Notes under the pieces: generated by a model
Seen by the model: only the letters and a program-made list of their open reading frames with translations
Database searches by the model: none
Told to the model about the DNA's origin: nothing
Translations under genes and position numbers: made by a program
Shown: positions 49,061 through 58,765 of the stretch, one piece after another
How the letters are laid out: every line of letters begins with the position of its first letter
Numbering within the stretch: position 1 is the stretch's first letter
Assembly: GCA_964623775.1 (NCBI GenBank)
Contig: CAZUVH010000002.1
Location: 1,089-65,088 of the forward strand
Direction of reading: 5' to 3'
Source of the DNA: an uncultured Candidatus Saccharibacteria bacterium
GTDB taxonomy: Bacteria; Patescibacteriota; Minisyncoccia; Phycocordibacterales; UBA2100
Length of the DNA: 64,000 nt

Positions 49061-50008
49061 ATGAGTCTTCGTCGCCTTTGTGCATCCATTCTTTTCATTG
49101 CAGCACTTTTTATTCTCGTCACGAGCAGTTTTGCGATGATAGTAGAGTCGAATGAACGAGTGATCCAAAGCGGGGAACCCCCGGCCTCTCAAGAACCAGC
49201 ACCATTTTCAATCGCTGACCAAGCTGATCGCGCAGGTATTATGAAGCAGAGCGATCGCCCTCATACGGCAGTACTCCCCGCCCCCTCCCCTCTCGTAGAT
49301 ATACGCGATGCTTCTACGTCCGCTGACAAGAGACCATCTGTGCAATATTCCGAGGGTCCCTGGATCTCGTTTAATTTTGATGACGGATTCGAATCGTCGT
49401 ACCTGCATGCGCTGCCGATTATGGATGCCGCCGGATTCAAGACAACACAGTACATCGTCACGGGAAGTATTGGGTACAAGAATTACATCTCACTCGCGCA
49501 ATTACAAAAAATCTACTCAGCAGGCCATGAGATCGGGGCGCACACGCGTACACATCCACGTCTCGACACACTGCCACTTGAGCAGGCGCAGAGCGAGATC
49601 GTCGGCTCAAAGGAAGATCTACTCAAGCTTGGTATAACTCCTGTGACCTTTGCATATCCGCATGGAAGTCATAGTCCAGCGATCGTTGACATGGTACGCA
49701 AGGCAGGGTTTATGGGCGCGCGGATCACGAGACCGGGATTCAACGATACTTCTACCGATCCGTACCTCCTGTGGTATTACGGCATCAATGCGAGCACCAC
49801 ACTACCGGTGCTTCAGGAGGTAATTGATCAAGCGGTGATCAACAAAAAATGGCTCATTTTTGTACTTCATCGCGTGGACGGTCAAAGCAGCGATTACGAG
49901 AATGTCTCACCGAAGCTGATTCAGCAGCTCGTCGATTATGTGAAGCAGCAAAATATTCGTGTCGTCACGAATGCCGAGGGTCTGCAAATGCTGGAGCAGG
50001 TGCGATGA
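49061..50008 (+). CDS. Polysaccharide deacetylase (CE4), secreted
   Basis: FNFDDG, HEIGAHTRTH and FAYPHG. Confidence 0.88.
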   Translation: MSLRRLCASILFIAALFILVTSSFAMIVESNERVIQSGEPPASQEPAPFSIADQADRAGIMKQSDRPHTAVLPAPSPLVDIRDASTSADKRPSVQYSEGPWISFNFDDGFESSYLHALPIMDAAGFKTTQYIVTGSIGYKNYISLAQLQKIYSAGHEIGAHTRTHPRLDTLPLEQAQSEIVGSKEDLLKLGITPVTFAYPHGSHSPAIVDMVRKAGFMGARITRPGFNDTSTDPYLLWYYGINASTTLPVLQEVIDQAVINKKWLIFVLHRVDGQSSDYENVSPKLIQQLVDYVKQQNIRVVTNAEGLQMLEQVR

Positions 50009-50044
50009 TTCGCTAGGGTACCAAAAGTGCCCGCAAATATATTG

Positions 50045-50962
50045 CTATTGCTGCACGCCTGCCGCTGCCTGCTGTGATTTGAGTTCAGCAATTTTTGCAA
50101 GAAGCAGTTGCACCTGCGCCATAAGCGTTTTAATCAGCTCGGCCTTTGCCGAGTCAGAAAGTGTCGGCGTCGCAGAGCTGTTGAGAATTGCACGCGTCTT
50201 CGGGCCCACGTTGCCGACCTGATCGAGACCATTATCCTTTTGATACAGCTTTACGGCCGCTGCGGTGAGCCCGCCGAAGAATCCGGTAGGCGCTGAAACT
50301 TTCAAATATCCTTTTGCGATGAGAATCTTTTGTAATTCCGTAACATCGTTCCCAGATGAACCTGTCTGTAGATTACGGGTGAAATTGAATATAGTCGTAC
50401 CCAAAACCTGACCTTGAGGAGTGGCAATGGTCGACGCTGAAATTGGTGCAGTGGATGTTGCTCGCGTAGTCGTCGCGATAACTGGAGTCACGGGTGTGGG
50501 TGTCGGTACGATTGAGCCACCTCCTCCCCCACCTCCACCTCCACCACCGCTTGCTGGCGGAGGAGTGGGTGAAGGCACGGCAATAGTGAATGCTAGATCT
50601 TTTTGAGTAGTGTTTCCTGCGATGAATCCTGAATGAGTGATCGCGCTCGTGCCCCCGGTTTCCGCTCCGCCATTAAATCCCGAAGCTACAACCTTGAAGG
50701 TCAATTCCCCCGCACCTTCGGCAACAACCAACTTTTGTTTCGTCAGCTCCGTATAGCCGTAGACGCCCGCGTCTTGCACTGTGACTTCGCCCGCAAGAGT
50801 CGATCCGTAGTAGACGCGCACAACAGTGCCGACCGGCGCAGCTGTGCCGTTTATTGTCACATTTCCCCAAAAAGCCATCGGGAATGCCGGAATGGTTTGC
50901 GCCGCCGCAAAAAACGGCGTAACGACAAGAAGTGCCAATGTGTATGTCAGTAATCGCTGCAT
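50045..50962 (-). CDS. Secreted protein with peptidoglycan-binding domain
   Basis: Signal peptide, poly-Gly/Pro-Thr linker, RNL..GSSGNDV.ELQK.L...TGFFG..T.AAVK.YQ...VGPKTR. Confidence 0.85.
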   Translation of the reverse strand: MQRLLTYTLALLVVTPFFAAAQTIPAFPMAFWGNVTINGTAAPVGTVVRVYYGSTLAGEVTVQDAGVYGYTELTKQKLVVAEGAGELTFKVVASGFNGGAETGGTSAITHSGFIAGNTTQKDLAFTIAVPSPTPPPASGGGGGGGGGGGSIVPTPTPVTPVIATTTRATSTAPISASTIATPQGQVLGTTIFNFTRNLQTGSSGNDVTELQKILIAKGYLKVSAPTGFFGGLTAAAVKLYQKDNGLDQVGNVGPKTRAILNSSATPTLSDSAKAELIKTLMAQVQLLLAKIAELKSQQAAAGVQQ

Positions 50963-50968
50963 AAATCC

Positions 50969-53197
50969 TTAGTTACTTCGGGTTTGAATGAGACCACTGG
51001 AAGGCAAGCCGGTGAGGCCATACCCGTTCGTCCAATCAGAATCCGTCGTTACCGATGTTGAAAGCGTGTTCGGCGACCATATGAGATTACCGGTAACACC
51101 CGTAGCGGTGCCCATTCCATCGAAGGACGAATCGCCCAAGACTTTCGTCACAGCAGATGAGCCGCTTGTCACGCCTGAGACGGAACCTCTGAGTTCAAAG
51201 TAGTATGTGCTGCCTGCGGGCACCTGAACCGGATTAGAAGTCGGGTTGATAGTGAAGGGCACATCGGTCGTAATACTCGATACGGTTGAACCAATTTGTC
51301 CTCCCGCGCCCTGACCGGAGATAGCCGAAGAGTAGGACGAATCCGTGTACGCGAACAACTGCAAATCAGCGATTGAAAGCGATGTCATTGCAGATGAAAA
51401 TGTGAACTCATTGAGGCCGATTGCGCCGCTGCTATTTGATGTAACCTTGAAGCGAATCAAGCGGCCGTCAGCGACACCTGTTGAGGATAATGTGTCGAGC
51501 GTAAGTGTTGGGTATGACTTAACAATGCGCACACCAGCGACTCCCGCTGTTGCGCCCTGAGAATTTATTGTGGATCCAGAAGACACGCCTGTACCTTCTG
51601 CATTTGCGGGGTCCATCTTAAGCAGTGATCCGCTCACAGTTGGCTGTGTAAGATCGGCCCTCACCGTGATGAGAACATCGGTATCACTCGCGAGTGATAG
51701 CGGTGTGGACAGTGTCGATGTCGCATATGTATCACTCCCCATAAATGAGGCCGTGCCAATTAGCGTCGCGCCGTTGTAAAGATTTATTTGAGAGAAGTCG
51801 GTATTTTGTCCACTCGTGCGAGCAAGACCCAATTTAGTAAGCAAGACTGACTCGCTGGTCGCGCGGAGCTTAATAACACCCAATGTGACATTTGTCGCGC
51901 CGCCTGCGACAAGTGCATATGACGGTGAAGATGCATCCACCGTTAACGACAAAGATGCAGCTGCGACTGTCATTGTGCCGCCTGACTGGTTCCCAAATGT
52001 CTCGGTGACATTAAACCCCGATGTCACACCGGTGGAGCCCCACGTGTCGTTGTCACTGATACTCCACGTGAATGTGCCCGCTGCGGACCCTGAGACACCG
52101 CACTTCAAAGACAATGTTTTTATTGTGCCTTGTGAGACGATCAGAGAATTATCTAGGATGAAATTGTTCGGTGTCGTACCTGAATTTATTGAGTTGAGCA
52201 CGTTACTTCCGGTATTTAGCGCAGTCCCTCCGTCCCAAAGTTGGCACGAGTTCAAATGACCTGCGAGAGCTCCATTACTCAGCGCCAGTCTAGTCGGTAT
52301 TGTAGAGATGCGTACGTTTTCTTGCGATCCAACCGCACTAAGCAAAATATTTGCTAAATGGATTCCCGTACCAGCTGTAATGTTTTGTGATGCCGGACTT
52401 GCAGACATGCTCACAGACAGCGTTGGAACAAGGACTACATTAAACTCATCCGAATCATTGCCATTTACACAACCCACATCGCTCAAGTCAGTGCTGCCGT
52501 CACTGTCGTTATCAAGTCCGTCATTGCAAACAGGAACAGAATCATTCTGAAAACCAGTATAGAGTGCTGAGGAATCGGTAATGTAAACTGCGTACGCTTT
52601 CGTCTCACGAAAATCATTAAGTGTGTTCACGTTCGGTTGCGTGTGCATATCCCACGTCTGACCGATGGCAAGAGAGTCGGGATCAGTAGCATACGAGTCC
52701 GGGGTGAAATCCACCGCCTGACTCAATTTTGTTCCCAACGTGAATAGAACATCGTTAACATTATTTGAGTCAACAGATGACGCGCCGCGTTCGAGAGCGT
52801 ATGTGGGATTAGCAACACCGATCGAGTACCAACCCGTTTGGGTAAATGAGCGACTGAACAGACGTTCGTTCGGAGTCGTACTCGCTTTGTAATTGAATGT
52901 GAGCGTTTGATTAATTCCCGTTTTGTTGTTTACAAAATATCCATAGAGCGGGGTAAATTCAGCTTGACCCATGCCCGCCATAGTCGACCAAGTTGAACCA
53001 TTGAGGACATAGACATCAAAATTTGCCGATGTCTCGGCTGCCGAAAATGAGTGACTATCAAGGACTCGCGGGGTCGAAACGATATTCCAACCCGCAGAAA
53101 GAGTGACGTCCTCGCTATAGAGTGTTGCGGCGTACGCCGGTGAGGCGATAAAAATGACGGCACTGAGTACGGAACCCAAAATCGGGTAGATTTTCAT
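50969..53197 (-). CDS. Large Ser/Thr/Gly-rich secreted surface protein
   Basis: Signal peptide, L.AGWNIVS.P, CNDGLDNDSDGSTD..DVGC motif and beta-rich repeats. Confidence 0.75.
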   Translation of the reverse strand: MKIYPILGSVLSAVIFIASPAYAATLYSEDVTLSAGWNIVSTPRVLDSHSFSAAETSANFDVYVLNGSTWSTMAGMGQAEFTPLYGYFVNNKTGINQTLTFNYKASTTPNERLFSRSFTQTGWYSIGVANPTYALERGASSVDSNNVNDVLFTLGTKLSQAVDFTPDSYATDPDSLAIGQTWDMHTQPNVNTLNDFRETKAYAVYITDSSALYTGFQNDSVPVCNDGLDNDSDGSTDLSDVGCVNGNDSDEFNVVLVPTLSVSMSASPASQNITAGTGIHLANILLSAVGSQENVRISTIPTRLALSNGALAGHLNSCQLWDGGTALNTGSNVLNSINSGTTPNNFILDNSLIVSQGTIKTLSLKCGVSGSAAGTFTWSISDNDTWGSTGVTSGFNVTETFGNQSGGTMTVAAASLSLTVDASSPSYALVAGGATNVTLGVIKLRATSESVLLTKLGLARTSGQNTDFSQINLYNGATLIGTASFMGSDTYATSTLSTPLSLASDTDVLITVRADLTQPTVSGSLLKMDPANAEGTGVSSGSTINSQGATAGVAGVRIVKSYPTLTLDTLSSTGVADGRLIRFKVTSNSSGAIGLNEFTFSSAMTSLSIADLQLFAYTDSSYSSAISGQGAGGQIGSTVSSITTDVPFTINPTSNPVQVPAGSTYYFELRGSVSGVTSGSSAVTKVLGDSSFDGMGTATGVTGNLIWSPNTLSTSVTTDSDWTNGYGLTGLPSSGLIQTRSN

Positions 53198-53298
53198 ATT
53201 TTATAATTATACCATATTATTATTGTTAATGCAAGTCCTGAAGAGACAGTGACTGAGTGTAAATCGTGTTCTACGGTACAGGGTTGATTATAGAAATA

Positions 53299-54360
53299 TC
53301 AAAGCGCTGAGAGGGCAAGAATGATGCCGGCGGAGGCGAAGACGACAGAGAGAATCCAGTAGCGCATCACGACTTTGTAGCCAGGCCAACCGAGCGCCTC
53401 AAAATGATGATGCAAGGGGGCAATACGAAACAATTTTTGCCCAAAAAATTTCTTCCACGTGACCTGAAGTATATCGGAGGCGACTGTCACCACAAGAAGA
53501 AAGCCAATGATCGGTAAGACGGCTATACCGATGCCGCCGCCAAGATTGTCTGTCATAAACGCGACGACGGCGACGGTGAGTGTGAGGCCCATTGTGCCCG
53601 TGTCCGACATATAGAATCGCGCTGGAGGGACGTTGAACCACAAGAACGCGAGGATACCGCCGACGACTGCCGCACAAAATGTGGCGAGGTCGACCTGGTT
53701 TTGCATGAAGGCGATTACGGCATATGCCGCGAATATCGAGGCGAATACGCCACCGGAGAGGCCGTCGATACCGTCGATAACGCCCGATGCGTAGAGTGCG
53801 AGTGATGTGAGAATGAAAAACGGGATAATGAGCCAGCCGATCTCAAGGGGCGCGTGGAATGGCACGTTGATCGCGATTATGTCGAGTTTGTACCAGAACC
53901 AGATGCCGATAAAGAGCGCGAGAAGCACGACAGTGATGAGGCGGGATCGAAGGCGAAGCCCTTTTCCGCCCTCGCGAATAACAAGGAGATCGTCGATCAT
54001 CCCCACGATTGCGCCCACGAGGAGTGTCGCGAGCGGAATCCATGTTTGATTACGACTGAGGAAGCTGAATTGTTCTACAATTGTGCCGTTTCCGATCAAT
54101 GAGAAAAGCGCAAGAAGGAGTGCGGTCAAAAGGACGCTCCCCCATATCACGATGCCGCCCATACGCGGCGCGCGCACCTCGTGGACCTCGTGCAAGCGGT
54201 TGAATTCTGATGCGTTCGTACCGTCGAGACCGATCTTGCCGGGGGCCTTTTTCCAAGCCTTGTATTTATAGAGAAAATGCGTCAGAACCGGGGTCATGGC
54301 AATACCGATCGCAAACGCAATTCCGGATGGTACAAGCACCCGCACGATTTCAGGAATCAT
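53299..54360 (-). CDS. mraY: Phospho-N-acetylmuramoyl-pentapeptide transferase
   Basis: PRMGG, DGIDGL, FLWFN.PPARFYMSDTG and APLHHHFE; start probably 54360 (alternative 54366). Confidence 0.93.
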   Translation of the reverse strand: MIPEIVRVLVPSGIAFAIGIAMTPVLTHFLYKYKAWKKAPGKIGLDGTNASEFNRLHEVHEVRAPRMGGIVIWGSVLLTALLLALFSLIGNGTIVEQFSFLSRNQTWIPLATLLVGAIVGMIDDLLVIREGGKGLRLRSRLITVVLLALFIGIWFWYKLDIIAINVPFHAPLEIGWLIIPFFILTSLALYASGVIDGIDGLSGGVFASIFAAYAVIAFMQNQVDLATFCAAVVGGILAFLWFNVPPARFYMSDTGTMGLTLTVAVVAFMTDNLGGGIGIAVLPIIGFLLVVTVASDILQVTWKKFFGQKLFRIAPLHHHFEALGWPGYKVVMRYWILSVVFASAGIILALSAL

Positions 54361-54398
54361 CAGCATATTGTACACGGGAAATGTATTTTGCAGCCAAG

Positions 54399-54602
54399 CT
54401 AATTCTGGCTCTCGTGCTCGTGCGCCTGCGACTCAAAACCCTTGAATTTGGGCGATGCGGCGCGCCTTTTGTCTCGCTCAATACGCAGGCGCTCTCTGCG
54501 CCGAGCCGCTATCCTATCGATTGCCGCGGCGATACTTGCTCCCAGGAGCATTGATCCTAGATATATGCCTATTCTCACAAGAATTGCGATAAATGCAGGC
54601 AT
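54399..54602 (-). CDS. Small single-TM hypothetical protein
   Basis: 67 aa; hydrophobic N-terminus and basic C-terminus; operon position. Confidence 0.55.
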   Translation of the reverse strand: MPAFIAILVRIGIYLGSMLLGASIAAAIDRIAARRRERLRIERDKRRAASPKFKGFESQAHEHESQN

Positions 54603-54608
54603 ATCTCG

Positions 54609-55613
54609 CTAGTTTTCCTGAGCTACCGCTGCGTACGTAGCTGAAATGATTTTCTTCATATCCTCAAAGCGGCCGTCCTGGGTGGATCCAAGGACGACAG
54701 CTACGACCGGGTGCGCAAGACCGACGTCAAAAACAATCGCGAGATTGCCACCCGCAAGATCAGTGAGACCTGTCTTGCCCATAATGAGGCCCGAGATGGA
54801 CCCGAGGGCGTTGTTGGTGTTGTTGGCCGAGGTGGTGTCGCCGCGCACAGAGGTCAGAAGTAAACCGTCTTTTGTTGTGCCCGCAAAAACAGCCGGCCAC
54901 TCTTTTGAGGCATACGCAAAAAGTATTGCTACATCGCGTGCGGAGCCATACGATCCTGCCTGTGTGACACTCTCATCAAGCCCGCTTACATTAAGAAAAT
55001 ACGTATTATTGAGGCCGAGTTCGCGTGCGAGGCTGTTCATGCGCCACAAAGTTGCGCGACTTTTCGGCGCTGCCGCATGTGCGGCACTGATCAGGGGGTC
55101 GGCCGTTTCTGCCAAAATGTCGGCTCCGTCATTGGATGATCCAATGAGCGTAAAGTCGAGAATGTCTTTGATGCGCCAGACGTCTCCCGTGGCGAGGTGT
55201 TCTGCGGTGCCATTTTGAGCGGATGTATAGCGCGGGATCTTGATTGCCGCGTCGGGTGAGAGCACTTCCGATACGACGATGGCGAGCGGGACTTTTGTCA
55301 GCGAGGCGAGTGGCAACTGAGCATCTGCGTTTTTTGCGTATAAGACTTTATTGGTTTTCAAATCGAGGACGTACGACGATCGCGCAAGAATTTCAATACC
55401 CGCAAATGGATCGACGACGGTCGTTGCTGCGGCGGTCTGTGCAGCACGATTCGTAAAAGTCGCCTTAAGTACTGCTTCCTCGGCCAATAAGCCGATAGCC
55501 GCCATCGTGATGCCGCCAAGAATAAGCCCGATAACCTTGGGCCGAAGAAAATAGTTAGCTCTGGCTTTCCGGTGCGCCAGTACCATTGAGTGCGTTATCG
55601 GAGGAGCTTCCAT
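54609..55613 (-). CDS. D-alanyl-D-alanine carboxypeptidase (peptidase S11)
   Basis: PLASLTK, SSN and GKTG motifs. Confidence 0.9.
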   Translation of the reverse strand: MEAPPITHSMVLAHRKARANYFLRPKVIGLILGGITMAAIGLLAEEAVLKATFTNRAAQTAAATTVVDPFAGIEILARSSYVLDLKTNKVLYAKNADAQLPLASLTKVPLAIVVSEVLSPDAAIKIPRYTSAQNGTAEHLATGDVWRIKDILDFTLIGSSNDGADILAETADPLISAAHAAAPKSRATLWRMNSLARELGLNNTYFLNVSGLDESVTQAGSYGSARDVAILFAYASKEWPAVFAGTTKDGLLLTSVRGDTTSANNTNNALGSISGLIMGKTGLTDLAGGNLAIVFDVGLAHPVVAVVLGSTQDGRFEDMKKIISATYAAVAQEN

Positions 55614-56187
55614 TGTCTTTAAAAGGGCTGGCCTCCTCTTCGAAGGTCTTCAGCTCATTGGAAATAGTACCATAATCGGGCAATTCTTCGGCTTTATGAA
55701 TACCGAGATGCGCAAGGAGTTCGACAGTCGGTCGATACAAGTATTCGCGTGCATCATCGGGATTTCCGATGCGTTCGAGGAGTCCGCGAGAGAGCAAATT
55801 GCGGATGGTCGAGCTCGTATTTACTCCGCGGATGTAATCGATCTGCGCGCGCGTGGAAGGACCACGATAGAGCACAATAGAGAGCACTTCGAGACCCGCA
55901 TCGCCGATCTCGCGGCCCAATTCGCGCTGATATGCGTCGCGGATTTCCTGCGATGTCTCTTTGGAGAGCACGAGCGAAGCCTCGGTAGCTGTATGCACGA
56001 GGGTGATCCCGCGATCCTTGAGACGCGACTCGAGCTCGAGTAGTGCGGGTGTAAGATCCGCGTCCTTCATGTCTAATAACTGCGCGAGTTTCTTGAGAGA
56101 CAGCGATCCGCCTTCCGAAAAAAGGAAAGCTTCGATGCGCGACGAAAGATCAGCCTTTTTCAAATCTATTTTTTTATCGTCATCCAT
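55555..56187 (-). CDS. scpB: Segregation and condensation protein B
   Basis: IEAFLF, LEVLSIVLYRGP.TRA.IDYIRGVN. Confidence 0.93.
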   Translation of the reverse strand: MDDDKKIDLKKADLSSRIEAFLFSEGGSLSLKKLAQLLDMKDADLTPALLELESRLKDRGITLVHTATEASLVLSKETSQEIRDAYQRELGREIGDAGLEVLSIVLYRGPSTRAQIDYIRGVNTSSTIRNLLSRGLLERIGNPDDAREYLYRPTVELLAHLGIHKAEELPDYGTISNELKTFEEEASPFKDNGSSSDNALNGTGAPESQS

Positions 56188-56902
56188 ACCGTGGTGCGCC
56201 AATTATATCGTTCTCTATGGTAATTTCTTCAAAAAGCCGCTCCTGGGTGATACTCGCCGAGCCAGAACGCACAAGCTCGAGCATCGCGAGGAAATACACA
56301 ATGGTCTCGTGTTTGTCGGAGTTCTTCGTGAGGTCACTGAACCGCGCCTTGAATGCGGTCGAGAGGCGCTGCTTTAGATTTACGATCACGTCTTCGAGCG
56401 CAAGGACAGGCGCGACAGCGGCACGGGCGAGCGCCTCAGGCTTCGGCAAAAGGCTCGCGAGCTTACGTGCAGCCGCGGCGATAGTCGGAATACTTGCCTC
56501 AGCCGGTGTAAACACCGACTCGCGAAGCGGCGCGCGGCGAGCAAAAAGGAGGGGGTGAGTCCCCCACTCTTTTCGCAAGAGCTTTGCCGCCTTGCGAAAA
56601 ATGGCGTAGCGGGCGAGGCGTCGTTCAAGCTCTTCGACACTCTCCTTCTCCTCATCTGAAAGCTCGAGCGACGGAAGGAGTGTGCGGGATTTGATGAGGA
56701 GTAGTGTGCTCGCCACGAGGATGAATTGCGCCGTCTCGCCAAGCGGCATCTCCGGCAACTTCTCCACATACGCCAGATATGCGTCACATACATCAGAAAG
56801 CGAGACTTCAGAGACAGAAAGCTTACGCTCCTCGATCAAATTCAAAAGTGCCTCAAGCGGGCCTTGAAATTTCTCGGTCGCAAGCGTGAACGTGTCTCCC
56901 AT
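56180..56902 (-). CDS. scpA: Segregation and condensation protein A
   Basis: FQGPLEALLNLI, LLIKSRTLLP and FLAMLELVR. Confidence 0.93.
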   Translation of the reverse strand: MGDTFTLATEKFQGPLEALLNLIEERKLSVSEVSLSDVCDAYLAYVEKLPEMPLGETAQFILVASTLLLIKSRTLLPSLELSDEEKESVEELERRLARYAIFRKAAKLLRKEWGTHPLLFARRAPLRESVFTPAEASIPTIAAAARKLASLLPKPEALARAAVAPVLALEDVIVNLKQRLSTAFKARFSDLTKNSDKHETIVYFLAMLELVRSGSASITQERLFEEITIENDIIGAPRYG

Positions 56903-56916
56903 CCCACTATTTTACC

Positions 56917-58251
56917 TTACTTCACCTCAGGATCGACCTCGGAAAGACGCACGTCAATGCGATTCATGTCGCGGGGGAACATCGTCGCTTCACGGATATT
57001 TTTGAGCCCCAAGATCTGCATGGTCATGCGCTCTGCGCCAAAAGCGAATCCGCCTTCTGGTGGAGCGCCGTATCGAAATGCTTCGAGGAACATCTCGATC
57101 TTTGATGGATCCATTTTCCACTCGTTCACATGGTCCATGAGCTGTTGGTAGTCATTGATACGACGACCACCAGAGAGCCATTCAACGCCACGGCAAAGGA
57201 GATCCATGCCTTCATTCACATCCGGATTCTCCGGATTTGGATATACATAGAAGGGCTTCTGACGCGTCGGGTATCCGTATACGTAAACGAAATCCGAACC
57301 CGTCTCTTCTTTGATGACTTCACAGATCCGGCGCTCTTGTTCTGGATTCAGATCTTTGTCGGCGGGGACGCCAAGCTTTTCAAATACTTCTGCAAGCGAA
57401 AGGGTTGGTGTTTTGTCGATCATAGCGGGAAGCGTCGCACCGAGGAATTCGAGCTCTTTGGCACATTTCTCTTCAAGTGCCTTCAAAATGAATCGGACAG
57501 TGGCTTCCGACATGTCGCGCACATCCGTCCACGAGTCGATAAATGCCATTTCCGCGTCGAGCGAGACGATTTCAGTGAGGTGCCGCGTCGTCGTGCTTGG
57601 CTCAGCGCGAAATACTTTGTTGACCGAAAAGACACGCTCAAAAGCGGTCATCACGATCTGCTTATAGAGCTGCGGTGACTGGGTAAGAAATGCAGAATGT
57701 TCAAAGTACTTTACCTGGAAGACTTCTGCGCCGCCCTCAGCTGTCGCTGGTGTGATCGTGGGTGCCTGGAATTCAAAAAAGCCCTGCGATTTCATGTATT
57801 CACGAAACGCGTCGATTATGACTGCCTGCACTTTAAATACCGCCTGCGATTTCGGATGACGGAGCGTGAGGGCGCGATGATCGAGCTCTGTGGTGAGGTC
57901 GACGTTGTAGCCGCTTTCAGACATATCAAAGGGAAGCGGCTCGGCCTTGGCGAGCACCGTGAGGCCGGTCACCTCGAGCTCAATATCGCCATTTTGCACT
58001 TTGGCATTACGATTTTTCTCGGGGCGCTCGTTGACCTTGCCAGTGACTTCCACGACGTATTCGATCTTTATCTCCTTTGCGGTCTCGATAGCTTCGGATT
58101 TCGGTAAAACGACACCCTGTACGGTGCCCGAGCGATCGCGGAAATCAAAAAAAACCATCTTGCCCTGATCGCGACGCACGGATACCCAGCCCTTAATGAG
58201 AGCAGTTTCCCCCACCTTTGTATTCAAATCCCCTATCATTGTCCGCTCCAT
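56917..58251 (-). CDS. aspS: Aspartyl-tRNA synthetase, archaeal/non-discriminating type
   Basis: OB fold, EGGAEVF, LTQSPQLYKQ, FRAE..TTRHL and GAPPEGGFAFG.ER; no GAD insert. Confidence 0.92.
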   Translation of the reverse strand: MERTMIGDLNTKVGETALIKGWVSVRRDQGKMVFFDFRDRSGTVQGVVLPKSEAIETAKEIKIEYVVEVTGKVNERPEKNRNAKVQNGDIELEVTGLTVLAKAEPLPFDMSESGYNVDLTTELDHRALTLRHPKSQAVFKVQAVIIDAFREYMKSQGFFEFQAPTITPATAEGGAEVFQVKYFEHSAFLTQSPQLYKQIVMTAFERVFSVNKVFRAEPSTTTRHLTEIVSLDAEMAFIDSWTDVRDMSEATVRFILKALEEKCAKELEFLGATLPAMIDKTPTLSLAEVFEKLGVPADKDLNPEQERRICEVIKEETGSDFVYVYGYPTRQKPFYVYPNPENPDVNEGMDLLCRGVEWLSGGRRINDYQQLMDHVNEWKMDPSKIEMFLEAFRYGAPPEGGFAFGAERMTMQILGLKNIREATMFPRDMNRIDVRLSEVDPEVK

Positions 58252-58301
58252 ATGGCACTAGTGTAGCAGAAATTGCTGGCCGTAGTGAAATTTTGCGGCG
58301 A

Positions 58302-58330
58302 TTGACAAAAGATCGTTTCGCATGTATAAT
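58302..58330 (+). promoter_or_regulatory. Consensus sigma70 promoter
   Basis: TTGACA-17-TATAAT. Confidence 0.8.
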
Positions 58331-58405
58331 TACATTAGTCGGTGCCGATTGCCGTTAAGCCAACCTTCTGGGCTCATCCACCCCCACATCTCAAGGAGAA
58401 AACGT

Positions 58406-58507
58406 ATGCTGAAACTTTCAAGAATCGAATGTGTGCTGATCGCTCCGATTGGCGCCAGTATCTTGATTGCTCTCGTGGGACTTGCCCTTGTCCTCAATGG
58501 CATGTAG
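58406..58507 (+). CDS. 33-aa hydrophobic peptide
   Basis: AAGGAG SD; MLKLSRIECVLIAPIGASILIALVGLALVLNGM. Confidence 0.55.
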   Translation: MLKLSRIECVLIAPIGASILIALVGLALVLNGM

Positions 58508-58555
58508 GTGTGGTCACATTCCGCATCACAGGTCTTTTCTGCAAAAGGAGGCTCC

Positions 58556-58711
58556 ATGAAACTCCCAACAATTTTGACGTTGCTCGCTATCGCTATTCTC
58601 GCCGCGCTTCTCCTCGTCAATGGGGCCGGATATGGTAGCGGAATCGGATACATTCTGATTACGACCAGTGTCTCGTGTGTGGTCATCGCTGCCGTCGTCG
58701 CTGTCGACTGA
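58556..58711 (+). CDS. 51-aa 2-TM peptide
   Basis: AAGGAGG SD; MKLPTILTLLAIAILAALLLVNGAGYGSGIGYILITTSVSCVVIAAVVAVD. Confidence 0.6.
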   Translation: MKLPTILTLLAIAILAALLLVNGAGYGSGIGYILITTSVSCVVIAAVVAVD

Positions 58712-58730
58712 TGTAATGGCTGCTGCCATA

Positions 58731-58765
58731 GAAGACCTGTCTTTATTGGCAGGTCTTTTCTTTTT
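58731..58765 (+). terminator. Intrinsic terminator
   Basis: gaagacctgtc/ggcaggtcttt followed by tcttttt. Confidence 0.75.

Noticed and set aside
50515-50552. Poly-Gly coding run (ccacct repeats) as a contingency locus
   Set aside because: Mixed codons encoding an ordinary flexible linker; not a pure slippage tract.
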